Origin: a virus
Taxonomy: Duplodnaviria; Caudoviricetes
IMG/VR virus record: IMGVR_UViG_3300048902_000276
Span: 1 to 52,328 of that record
Direction: 5' to 3' (one strand)
Length of the DNA: 52,328 bases
How positions within the stretch are numbered: position 1 is the stretch's first letter; every line of letters begins with the position of its first letter. A model generated the notes under the pieces. The model searched no databases, was not told where the DNA came from, and saw only the letters and a program-made list of their open reading frames with translations. Shown piece by piece: positions 17,361 to 26,186 of the stretch. Position numbers and translations under genes: made by a program.

Positions 17361-20022
17361 GCTGGGCGCCGGATGGCTCATGGATACCGCCGTGGTGGAA
17401 GGCGGGGCGCCGCTACTTCCTCCGCATCGGCCAGTTGGACATGTGGGGGTCGCTCGAGTTCATCACGGCGACCGACTTGGTCTTCCGCAACGTCGTGTCG
17501 TCCGCGTCGCAGTCGGGGAGTCTGCCCGCCCTATCCGTCGAATGGGGCGATACGCAGGCGGAAGTGATCGTGTCGCGCGCGGCGAACTTCATCGCAGTGT
17601 GCATCCCGTGCGGATGGACGCCGCCGTCCGACTGGAAGCCACCCGAGGAGCGCCGATGAACAAGCGGCAGCGCCGTCGGCGGCGTTACGTGATCGCGAAG
17701 CGGCGGCGGCGATGGCGGGTGCGGTGCTTCGACGTTCGCGATGCCGTCCTGACGATCAATGGAGTCAGGGTCAACGGCTGGGTGGGCGAAATCGAGGTCG
17801 ACGTCTGATGCCCTGCCACCCGATCCACTTCCCCGGCGGCGGTACGGGCATCGTCTGCACGGCGCCCATGCGCCGGCGCCGATGCGGCGTTGACGGCTGC
17901 CATAGCTGGTGGTGCGAGGTCCTCTGCGACTGGCCGGTGCCGGGCAAGGGCAAGGGTGGCAAGCCGAAGACGTGCGATCGCCCGGTCTGCGAGAAGCACC
18001 GGGTGAAACTGGGCCCGGACCTCGACCACTGCTGGACGCACGTCCAGATGGCGGCGGGAGACCGCCAGGTGCTGGCGGCGGAGCTGCGGCGGCAGGCGAG
18101 CCACTTCCAGGAGGCGACGGCGTTCATCAATCACCGCGACGGCTGCGCGCTCTGCCGGGGCGAGACGAAGCCCGAGGCAATGTGCGCGCTCGGGCGCGAC
18201 AAGCGGGCGGCGTACCGGATCGCCTTCGCCAGGGCGAACGGCCTATCGCCCGCGGCACTGGGGGTGTGATGCGCGCGGATATCGATGCTATCGCGCGGCC
18301 GCGGTGGAAGGTCGTGATCAACGCGATCTTGAGAGCGGTACAGCCATGGCGGCGGAAGTGGGTCATCTACTCGGTGATCGAATGCACATCGCCCCCGCGC
18401 GTGCTGGGGTATGGATTCGGACGCGTGCTGCACGAGGATGGGCCCCGATGATCCGCTTTCACCGCTGCGCGCTGTGCGGGCGCTTCATGAAGCGGTGGCG
18501 GCGCCGGCGCATCCATCGTGTGTGCTGGCGAAAGGCGGAGCGCCGCCATACATTGCATGTTCGGCGGTGATGTGATTGGATGGCGCGCATGGATGAGACA
18601 AAGGCTACGCCGATTCTGGATCAGCTGAGGGTGCTCACGGAGCAGCTCCGCGGACTTCTCTTGAACCCTGAGCCGGGGCTGCTTACGTGGAATACGTTCG
18701 CGGTTCGCAAGTGGGCCGAGATCGTCGACTTGTGGCATCGCGAATCTGCGGTCACGGAGGTGGAGACGCAGGCGAAGTTGCTGCACGAGCGCGAGCACTG
18801 CATCGTCTGCCGGACTGACATGATCCCGGTCAAGCCGGGATGGGGCGAGCTGTTCGAGGAGTCGCGCGAGCGCCACCGCGCCGTCGTTCGCTACAGGTGG
18901 GAGCCGGTGCTGTGAGCAAGCGAACTCGCCCGCGCCGGGCAGCGAAGCGCAGGCGCCGTCGCCACGCCCGAAGGGCTGCGCTGGCAATCGCGTCCCGCCG
19001 GTGCTGCATCAACGCGGCGAACAGGATGGCGGAGCGCTTCGGCGTGATCACCAACTACGCTAGCTGCCGGAACCATGGGGTATTCCAGATCGAAAGGATG
19101 GCCCGTGGCTAGCGACGCCGACATCGTGCACGACCTTCCGTTGCTCGAGGAGTACTTCCTGGCGAGCGGCATCCGCCGGCGCTTCGAGGTCCCGTGCGGG
19201 CGCGGGCGGATCGTGTGGGACCGCTGCGGAGGCCTCACGCGGAAGAGCCGCGCGTGGCGCATCATGGAAGAGGAGCCGCGGCGCGCGCGCTTCCACCCGT
19301 TCCGGCGGCCGCTGGCCCCCCACGTCGAGCATCCGATGATCGTCGACAGCCCAGCCGAGCTGGTGCGGCCGCTGGTGAAGCTGATCAACCTCTTCTGCGA
19401 GGAGGCGAAGCGGCTGACGGCGCGGATCGAGGAGGCATCGGAGCGCTTCGACGATGAGGTGCTGCCGCGGCTGCGCCGGCTGGAGGAACGCCAGTGGGCG
19501 GGCGCGTGGAAGAAGTGAGCGCGAAGCCCGATGTGCTCTGTGAGCATCGCGCCCCGCGCGCCGAGTGCCCGAAGTGCAGCTCGAAGGGAGTGAAGCGGGT
19601 CAAGGTCGGCCACCGCCCAATCGGCGCGGGCGAGATGGTCGTGCTCCGCGGCACCCGCTGCGCCTGTCGTATGAGACGCCGCGAGTACCGATGTACCTTG
19701 GGAGGTAGCGATGGACCAAAAGCACAAGCTGGAGCGAATGCAGGCAGGAATCCGAGCAACTGACGAGCCGACAACGAAGGATGGTAGCGCCGAACGGGCG
19801 GCCGCAATGAGGGAGTGGAGGAACCACGAAGGTACGAAGGTGTTGTTGCGGGCGCTGTGGCGGGAGCGCGATGGGGTGGAGTCGACGATCAATGGACAGC
19901 GACTCGACACGTCCCGGGACATCCTGACGGACGAAAACGCGCGGGCGAGCCTCCTGAGAAACATGGGCAGCCGCGACGGCTTCGACTTCGTGATCGAGGC
20001 CGTCCAGAACACGGGCGGATGA
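17357..20022 (+). other. Cluster of small hypothetical genes (e.g. 17357-17659, 17808-18269 Cys-rich, 18580-18915, 19105-19518, 19711-20022)
   Basis: Chain of short ORFs, mostly ATGA/GTGA-coupled; no recognisable family. Confidence 0.5.
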
Positions 20023-20073
20023 TCTACGTCAGAGGCAGGCGGAGGCTGCAGCTCCATCCGGCCTTCGCCTGTT

Positions 20074-20102
20074 TTGACACGGAGACACACAATGCATATG
20101 GT
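20074..20102 (+). promoter_or_regulatory. sigma70-like promoter with operator (copy 4)
   Basis: TTGACA-17nt-TATGGT; GACACACAATGCATATG at 20084-20100; ATG 6 nt after -10. Confidence 0.7.
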
Positions 20103-20108
20103 GCTCGG

Positions 20109-20558
20109 ATGCTCGCACTGACTATCAAACAGCCGTGGGCGGCGCTCATCGCCGCCGGGATCAAGGGGGTCGAGAACCGCACGTGGTCGATGCGCGTGGT
20201 GCTCGGCCGGCGCATCGCCATCCACGCCGGCATGACGTACGACGAGGACGGCGAAAGCTGGGCCATTGAGCGGCTGCCGTACGCGCGCAGCAGCCGCATC
20301 GTCATGAACAGCCGGGACACGCGCGGCGCGATCGTGGCGACGGCAGTGGTGCAGGAGTTCATCCAGCGCCGGCCGCGCGCGGCGCCGGCCCGGATCTCCG
20401 ACTGGTGGTGCGGTCCCGTGGGCTGGGTGCTGCGCGACGTCTGTAAGCTGGAGGTCCCGATCCAGTGCAAGGGAGCGCAAGGCCTGTGGACGGTGCCGCG
20501 CGACATCGCTGCCCAGCTTGATGCGCTCGCGGGAGATTCGCGGCCGGCGCGGAGGTGA
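20109..20558 (+). CDS. ASCH domain protein
   Basis: ALTIKQPWAALIAAGIKGVENRTW...IAIHAG...GAIVA...KGAQGLW. Confidence 0.9.
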   Translation: MLALTIKQPWAALIAAGIKGVENRTWSMRVVLGRRIAIHAGMTYDEDGESWAIERLPYARSSRIVMNSRDTRGAIVATAVVQEFIQRRPRAAPARISDWWCGPVGWVLRDVCKLEVPIQCKGAQGLWTVPRDIAAQLDALAGDSRPARR

Positions 20559-20573
20559 GCGTACAATCCCTGG

Positions 20574-20885
20574 ATGGCAGAGGACGGCGAGCGCCGGAGG
20601 GTGCTGCGGTCTTGGGGTTTGCGCTTGGCGGTCAACGCGGCGGTCGCTGGCGTTGCTGCGGTGTTCGCGGCGGCGCGCGAGGTCAGCTCATCCCGTACAG
20701 ATCAGATCGCCAGCGCCCGCGCTGAACAGGTCCTGAAGGACGCGCGCATCGCGCAGCTGGAGGCGGAGGTGTCGGCGCTCCGCCAGACGGTGGCCGATCT
20801 GACCGCGTGGCGCATCCGGCACCAGCAGTTCAGCGACGACTACGTTGACCACGCGCGGGAGCGCGAACGGGAGCGGAAGCGCTAG
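20574..20885 (+). CDS. Membrane-anchored coiled-coil protein
   Basis: N-terminal hydrophobic helix then heptad-like IAQLEAEVSALRQTV; TACAAT 6 nt upstream. Confidence 0.55.
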   Translation: MAEDGERRRVLRSWGLRLAVNAAVAGVAAVFAAAREVSSSRTDQIASARAEQVLKDARIAQLEAEVSALRQTVADLTAWRIRHQQFSDDYVDHARERERERKR

Positions 20886-21590
20886 TCGTCGACGGCCTTC
20901 GTGAACGCGTCGCCGCTCTGGTAGCGGTTGTCTTCGAGCTGGTGCTTGTCGGTGAAGGCCTTCCGCTCGTCGTAGCTGCGGAAGACGACGATCATGTAGA
21001 AGTCCTGGCTATCGGCGGCGAGGGCGGCGTCCTTCGCCTCGCGCAGGCTCTTCTCGTGCTCCAGTATCTTCTCGACGGCCTTCTCGACGTTCCTCTTCGC
21101 CTCTTCGTCGTCGGCTGGCGCGCCCACGACGTCGCCGAACAGCTTGTAGATGTCCGCCTCGTCATAGCCGAGCGCGGCGGTGTCGAGGCCTTCGGAGATG
21201 AGCGCCTCGAGTTGCTCGAGATCGAAGTCCCCCTGGGCGGCCGTGTTGTTGAGCCAGGATGTTGGCCTCCTTCTCCTGCTTCAGCGTGAGGCGCACGGTC
21301 GCGACGGTCAGCGTGTAGTCGCTGCACCGTTTCGGGTAGCCCATCGACTTGTCCATCTTCTTCAGGCGCTGGTGCCCGCCGACGAGGTTTCCCGTCGTCG
21401 CGTTCCAGGTGATGGGGACGAGCATGCCTGTCTTGTCGATGCCGCCATCGAGCTTGCGCCGCGCCTCGGACGTCATCATCCGCGGGTTGTAGGTCGCCTC
21501 GTTGAGCTGCGAGCGCTTCACCTTCTCGGCGGTGAAGGCCTCGATGCCGAGGTGGGGGAGCGGGGCTTCGTCAGCTGGCGGGCTTTCCAT
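20882..21590 (-). pseudogene. ParB/Srx-like protein interrupted by +1 frameshift (or sequencing error)
   Basis: YNPR...L..GI...G...PITWN...LVGGHQRL; removing one base at 21254-21255 restores ANILLNNTAAQGDFD and joins ORF 20882-21127 (235 aa). Confidence 0.8.
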
Positions 21591-22272
21591 GGCGATCCTT
21601 GGTCTTGGGGAGGCCGAAGAACTTCCGTCGCCAGACGACGGCTTCGGCGTGGGGGAACAGCTTGAGCAGGCGCGCGAAGTCGCGCGGGTGCTGGTCGTGC
21701 AGCCAGAGGATATCGTTGACCTTGAGGCCGACGCCGCTCATCGCGGTTCCAGACGACGACGGCAGCGGGATGCCGTGGATCTTCAGGTAGCCGATGACGT
21801 GGTCCTTCGACCAGCCGGCGATGGGGCGCAAGATCTTGTCGCCGCGGGTCTTCGCGAACGCCATCAGGCTCGCGCGGTTCGCGCCGTCGGATCGCTTCTG
21901 GCCATCGGCGATCCAGGCGATCCCGGTCTCGCGGCGGACGAGCTCCTGAATGGTGGCGAGCGAGGCCTTCGGCAGCTCCTTCTTCCAGTGCGTGTCGCAG
22001 TACATGCCCGCGCGCATCGCTTGGATGGCCGACCAGTGGAGGTACCGGCGCACCGTGATCCCCCATCTTGACTTCGCGAAGGCGAGCGACTCTTCGTACA
22101 GCTCCAGCCCCGGCACGAATTCCATGATGAAGGCCTCGACCTTGCTGAACGTCCTCACGCAAAGGTCCATCACAGCGAGGGAGTCTTTGCCGCCCGAGTA
22201 GGCGACCACGATCGAATCGAGACGCTCCCGGGCCTTGTTCAGTTCCAGGAGCGTCTCGTCGATGTACTGCAT
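21571..22272 (-). CDS. PAPS-reductase-fold PP-loop protein lacking the Fe-S Cys motifs
   Basis: VAYSGGKDS, GQKRSDG..R, RPIAGWS..V..YL. Confidence 0.85.
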   Translation of the reverse strand: MQYIDETLLELNKARERLDSIVVAYSGGKDSLAVMDLCVRTFSKVEAFIMEFVPGLELYEESLAFAKSRWGITVRRYLHWSAIQAMRAGMYCDTHWKKELPKASLATIQELVRRETGIAWIADGQKRSDGANRASLMAFAKTRGDKILRPIAGWSKDHVIGYLKIHGIPLPSSSGTAMSGVGLKVNDILWLHDQHPRDFARLLKLFPHAEAVVWRRKFFGLPKTKDRHGKPAS

Positions 22273-22275
22273 CGG

Positions 22276-22359
22276 CTAGCCGGAGCCTCCGCCCTTCGCC
22301 TTGCCCCCGCCCTTGCCGCGCTTGGCGCCCTTCGCGCCCTTTCTTTTTGCCTTGGCCAT
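22276..22359 (-). CDS. 27-aa Lys/Gly-rich peptide MAKAKRKGAKGAKRGKGGGKAKGGGSG
   Basis: GAGGAG RBS upstream of ATG; fills the gap between terL and the PP-loop gene; below ORF-track cutoff. Confidence 0.75.
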   Translation of the reverse strand: MAKAKRKGAKGAKRGKGGGKAKGGGSG

Positions 22360-22378
22360 GTGCTTCTCCTCGGTGGGA

Positions 22379-23863
22379 TCAGCCCCCTGTTGCGGTTTCG
22401 GAACCAGATTCGCCTTGATCTCTGTAGGCGTCAAACATGTTGAAGCCCCGGACCAGCTGACGGAACGCGCCAGCGCTCGCGTCCACGGCGTCGTCGTGGA
22501 TCTCCTTCTTCGGGAATCCTTCCATCTGGTTGAAGTAGTGCTCGTTCCACGGCGCGCGGATGACGTCGACGTTGCCGCCCTGCCACTGGCTCGCGAACGG
22601 GTCGGCGCGAGTCTCCTTGTCGCCGGTCTCGACGTCGGAGAACAAGCGGTAGCCGACGAGCAGCTTCACGTAGCTCGCCACTTGGTCTTTGCCGGCCTGG
22701 CCGGGGTCTTGGGGGATCCCGATCTTCACTTCGGAGCCGTCGAGCCGCGCGGTCTTCAGGATGTCCTTGCGCACGTCGTCGGAACGCTTGCGGAGCGCGA
22801 GCGCATGCAGCACCACGAAGCGGCCGTTGGAGCGCTTGCCGATCTTCACGCCGTACGTCCAGTCGGGATCCTTGTTCGTCTCGCTCGGCTCGGTGGCGGC
22901 GAGGTCCCAGCGCCGGATGATCTGGACGAGGTCGGTCGGGACGGCGTCGAGCATCGTGACCTCGATGCGCTTGAAGTAGTCGCCGGCGGCCGCGCGGATC
23001 TTCCAGTTGCCGTCGAGAAGACGCGCGCGCAGCACGCGCGTCATGGACATCAGGTTGCCGCGGTAGCCGGGGTTGGCGCGCTCGAGGATCCTGTTCTCCT
23101 CGAGCTTGCCGGGGATGAACGTGAGCGACTTGATCAGCTCTTGGCTGACGCGCTCACGTGGCAGTCCGGTGTTCCGGACGGAGGTCTCGATCGCCTCGTG
23201 GACGTCGGGGCGCTTCTCCAGCTCGGCGCGCGTGTCGGCCCAGATGATCTCGTCGCCCAGGCGGATGAAGTAGCGGTGGACGCCGGCGCGCTCTGGGATC
23301 GGCAGGCCGTACCGGGGCGAGTCGGGGTCCTGCTCGATCCACCAGGCGATCAGCTCGGCGACCCAGCTGTCAGCGTCGGGGTTGCAGCTCGCGATGATGT
23401 ACGGGCGGACGCCGCACGTGCTGCGATTCCTCGACAGCATGTACCAGAACATCGCCGCCGTGAAATGCGTCAGCTCGTCGAAGATGATCAGCGGCAGCTC
23501 CGAGCCCTGCCAGTTCTCGACGGTCTTCTCGTGTTCGAGGTGCGACATCTTCACGTAGGCGCCCGACGGCCAGGTCCACGTGAGGTCTCCGACCTTCGGC
23601 TTGGCGCCGAGGAGCGGGTAGAGCCGGCGCGACTGGTCCCACAGCGCGCCGGGGTTCGTGATCTGCGGCGTCGTGCGCCGGAAGAAGACGGCCGAGTAGT
23701 CGGGGATGTGCGTCCACGCCGCGGCCGCCATCAGCTCGACGAAGCTCTTGCCGCAGCCGGCGGCGCCGCCGGCGATGGTGATGTCGGCGCCGCTGCTAAG
23801 GACCTTGGTCTGGAACCCCCGCTGCGGCCCGATGATGCGAGGAGGGGTAACGACGGTGGGCAT
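22379..23863 (-). CDS. terL: Terminase large subunit
   Basis: GPQ motif, Walker A GGAAGCGKS, Walker B LIIFDELTHF, ASCNP, nuclease WDLAA...HDDAVDA. Confidence 0.95.
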   Translation of the reverse strand: MPTVVTPPRIIGPQRGFQTKVLSSGADITIAGGAAGCGKSFVELMAAAAWTHIPDYSAVFFRRTTPQITNPGALWDQSRRLYPLLGAKPKVGDLTWTWPSGAYVKMSHLEHEKTVENWQGSELPLIIFDELTHFTAAMFWYMLSRNRSTCGVRPYIIASCNPDADSWVAELIAWWIEQDPDSPRYGLPIPERAGVHRYFIRLGDEIIWADTRAELEKRPDVHEAIETSVRNTGLPRERVSQELIKSLTFIPGKLEENRILERANPGYRGNLMSMTRVLRARLLDGNWKIRAAAGDYFKRIEVTMLDAVPTDLVQIIRRWDLAATEPSETNKDPDWTYGVKIGKRSNGRFVVLHALALRKRSDDVRKDILKTARLDGSEVKIGIPQDPGQAGKDQVASYVKLLVGYRLFSDVETGDKETRADPFASQWQGGNVDVIRAPWNEHYFNQMEGFPKKEIHDDAVDASAGAFRQLVRGFNMFDAYRDQGESGSETATGG

Positions 23864-24399
23864 CAGCCCTGCTCGCCGCCGCCCTCGTCTTCTCGCGGCG
23901 GGTCGAGGTCGGGCGGAGCTTCGGGTAGCTCGCTCGGCTCGGGGCCCTCGACGTCAGCGTCTGCAGCGCCGGTGTCTGTGCCGGCGCCGTCCTCGGACAG
24001 AATCTCGCCGGGCGCTGGCCCGCGGCCGTTGTACGGCACGTACATCACGACGGGCGCGACGCCGCCGGCGCCGGTGATCTCGAGCTTTTGCTTGCCGTCG
24101 CCGATGAGGACCTCGGCGATCAGGCGCTGGCTCAGCGGGTTGCCCTTCATCGCGGTGACGTACATCGCGAACATGACGTTGCGCCAGCGCTCGACGTGCT
24201 CGCCGTCCTTGTTCGAGAAGTCCTTGTCGCGCTCGCGAAAATACTTCTTCATCGCGCTGATCCAGCGCGAGCCGTTGATCCCCTTCTTATTGCGAACCTC
24301 GCCGGGCTTGATCGGCTTGAGGTTCTTCTTCCACTGCGGTTCTTTCGGAGGTGACGCCCCATCGTCACCTCCGCCCGGTGGCTTCGCGTAATCGGGCAC
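23863..24399 (-). CDS. terS: Terminase small subunit (DUF5681-like)
   Basis: NLKPIKPGEVRNKKG motif, KLEITGAGG; directly upstream of terL. Confidence 0.7.
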   Translation of the reverse strand: MPDYAKPPGGGDDGASPPKEPQWKKNLKPIKPGEVRNKKGINGSRWISAMKKYFRERDKDFSNKDGEHVERWRNVMFAMYVTAMKGNPLSQRLIAEVLIGDGKQKLEITGAGGVAPVVMYVPYNGRGPAPGEILSEDGAGTDTGAADADVEGPEPSELPEAPPDLDPPREDEGGGEQG

Positions 24400-24402
24400 G
24401 GG

Positions 24403-25938
24403 CTACTCCTTCTGCTGTTTGTTCTCCGGCGGCTGCTGGTTGCCAGCGCCGCCCTCGGCGCCCGCGGACAGAGCCTGACGCGCCAGCTCGGCGTCGTTCT
24501 CCTGCTGCTCGGCCACGGCCTCCGCGTCCTCGACATCAGCGGGCTCGAGGACCTCGTACGTGCCGTCGTACTTGAGCTGGCGGGCGATCACGCCCACGTC
24601 GATCGCGCCCATCTCCTTGTAGACCTTGTCGCGGTTCGCGCGGTTCACCTGCGCGGTGCTCTTCTCGACGTCGGTCAGCTGCCAGAGCGGGTTGAAGACG
24701 ATCTTGAAGTGCTCTGGCATGCGGCCGAAGACGGAGCGGAGCAGGATGTTGTAGAGCCGCATTAGCTGCGGCAGCATCTTCGTCTTCTGGTCCGCGTGGA
24801 TGCGGTCGTAGTAGTTGCGGAGGTCGCTCTCTCCGGTGGCGCTGAGGCCCGTGGGCGACTGCGCGAAGAACCTCGTGACGGGGATGTCGGCGGCGCCGGC
24901 CAGGTCCAGCATCGCCATGCGCCAGACCTCGGGGATTCCGCCGAAGGCGATCTGCTTCTGCTGGAACTTGTCCTTCACGTCCAGCACGAGCGTGTTCGTG
25001 ATCGACTTCAGCAGCGCGGCATCGCGGAAGCGCGCCTGCGCGATCTGCAGGCCGTTCTTCGAGGTGAGCAGCTCGCCGAGGCCTTCGACGAGCTGAATGT
25101 CGACGTTCGCCTCGTCCATCAGCGCCATGATGGCGGCGCGCGCGTGGTCGTAGTCCTTGCAGTTCTCCATCACGCGCTGGACCTCGGACGCGTGCCAGTA
25201 GCCGTTGCGCTGGAACGCGTAGTAGGGCAGCTCGTAGCCGTCGAAGCGGATGACGCGCGTCCAATGCACGATCGGCTGGAAGCTGCCCGACGATCGGATC
25301 TGGTATGACGACGGGTAGCCCATGTTGGGGCTCTCCGGGTCTTGGTCGAGGGGCCCGGTCGCAGCGATGCGCCAGCGATCGAGCACGTGCAGGAAGATCA
25401 GGTCGTCCTTCCCGATGCGGTCGATGTCGAGCGGCTGCGACATGTCCTGGTCGTTGCGGAAACCAGGAACGATCGCGCAGCCGCCGTAGAGCCGCGCCCA
25501 CTTCCTGGCCTGGAAGACCTTCAGGGGGATCAGGAAGTTTTCCTCGGCGGCCTGGAGCGCGTCACGGCCGCCCTGGTCCTTGTCGTAGCCGTCCCACGAC
25601 GGCGTGATCCACTCGCGGACGCTGTCCTCGGCCGGGATGTTGACGGTTTTCCCGGTCGACCAGCTCGTCTGGTACATGTTGTCGAGCGTGATCTGGCTGA
25701 TCTGCCCGACGGGCGCGTAGTCGGTGTACGTCCGCTTGTCGCGCGAGGTCCCGATCCCGGAGGCGAGGTTGATCAGCTGGTCGAAGCCAGGGATCCGGGC
25801 GCGCGCGAGCTGCAGCAAGTTGGCGGCGGCCGGAAGCTGCGGGGGAGACGGTGCGGGCGGCGGCGCGACGTCGAGAGCGCCGAAGGCGGCGCGGGCGACC
25901 CCGTTCACTCTGGCGCGGAGACCTTCGAGCATGGGCAC
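24403..25938 (-). CDS. Portal protein (DUF1073 family)
   Basis: MYQTSW...IPAED..REW, WARLYGG, HWTRVIRF, GAADIPVTRFFAQSPTGLSATGESDLRNYYD, FNPLWQ. Confidence 0.9.
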   Translation of the reverse strand: MPMLEGLRARVNGVARAAFGALDVAPPPAPSPPQLPAAANLLQLARARIPGFDQLINLASGIGTSRDKRTYTDYAPVGQISQITLDNMYQTSWSTGKTVNIPAEDSVREWITPSWDGYDKDQGGRDALQAAEENFLIPLKVFQARKWARLYGGCAIVPGFRNDQDMSQPLDIDRIGKDDLIFLHVLDRWRIAATGPLDQDPESPNMGYPSSYQIRSSGSFQPIVHWTRVIRFDGYELPYYAFQRNGYWHASEVQRVMENCKDYDHARAAIMALMDEANVDIQLVEGLGELLTSKNGLQIAQARFRDAALLKSITNTLVLDVKDKFQQKQIAFGGIPEVWRMAMLDLAGAADIPVTRFFAQSPTGLSATGESDLRNYYDRIHADQKTKMLPQLMRLYNILLRSVFGRMPEHFKIVFNPLWQLTDVEKSTAQVNRANRDKVYKEMGAIDVGVIARQLKYDGTYEVLEPADVEDAEAVAEQQENDAELARQALSAGAEGGAGNQQPPENKQQKE

Positions 25939-26101
25939 AGGCTACTCCTGATCGGGTGTCAACCGGAAACTCGCGGCCGAGCTGACCCCGTGCTACAAGG
26001 GCGGGGCGATCGGCGGGCAGCCTCCCCCCGCCGGCGGCGTGCCCCCAAAGACGCGCCGACGGCGGGGGCGGCACTCCAGGCGTTTCCGGTCCAGTCCTTA
26101 C

Positions 26102-26117
26102 TGTTCCACGTGGAACC
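26102..26117. promoter_or_regulatory. parS-like palindrome
   Basis: TGTTCCACGTGGAACC, 14-bp perfect palindrome core, close to bacterial parS consensus TGTTNCACGTGAAACA; intergenic. Confidence 0.7.
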
Positions 26118-26121
26118 GTAA

Positions 26122-26151
26122 GTGACATGACGTGACAGTACGTTACGTGAC
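26122..26151. repeat. Six phased pentamers ending in AC
   Basis: GTGAC ATGAC GTGAC AGTAC GTTAC GTGAC. Confidence 0.6.
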
Positions 26152-26186
26152 GCGTACCGGGATCAGGTGTAGCGTGGCTGGGTCTC

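Noticed and set aside
22301-24391. 696-aa + strand ORF
   Set aside because: Antisense shadow of terL/terS caused by high GC3; no motifs.
24403-25938. Anti-CBASS (Acb1) label sometimes attached to DUF1073 proteins
   Set aside because: Only portal motifs are visible; no fused HxT phosphoesterase domain.
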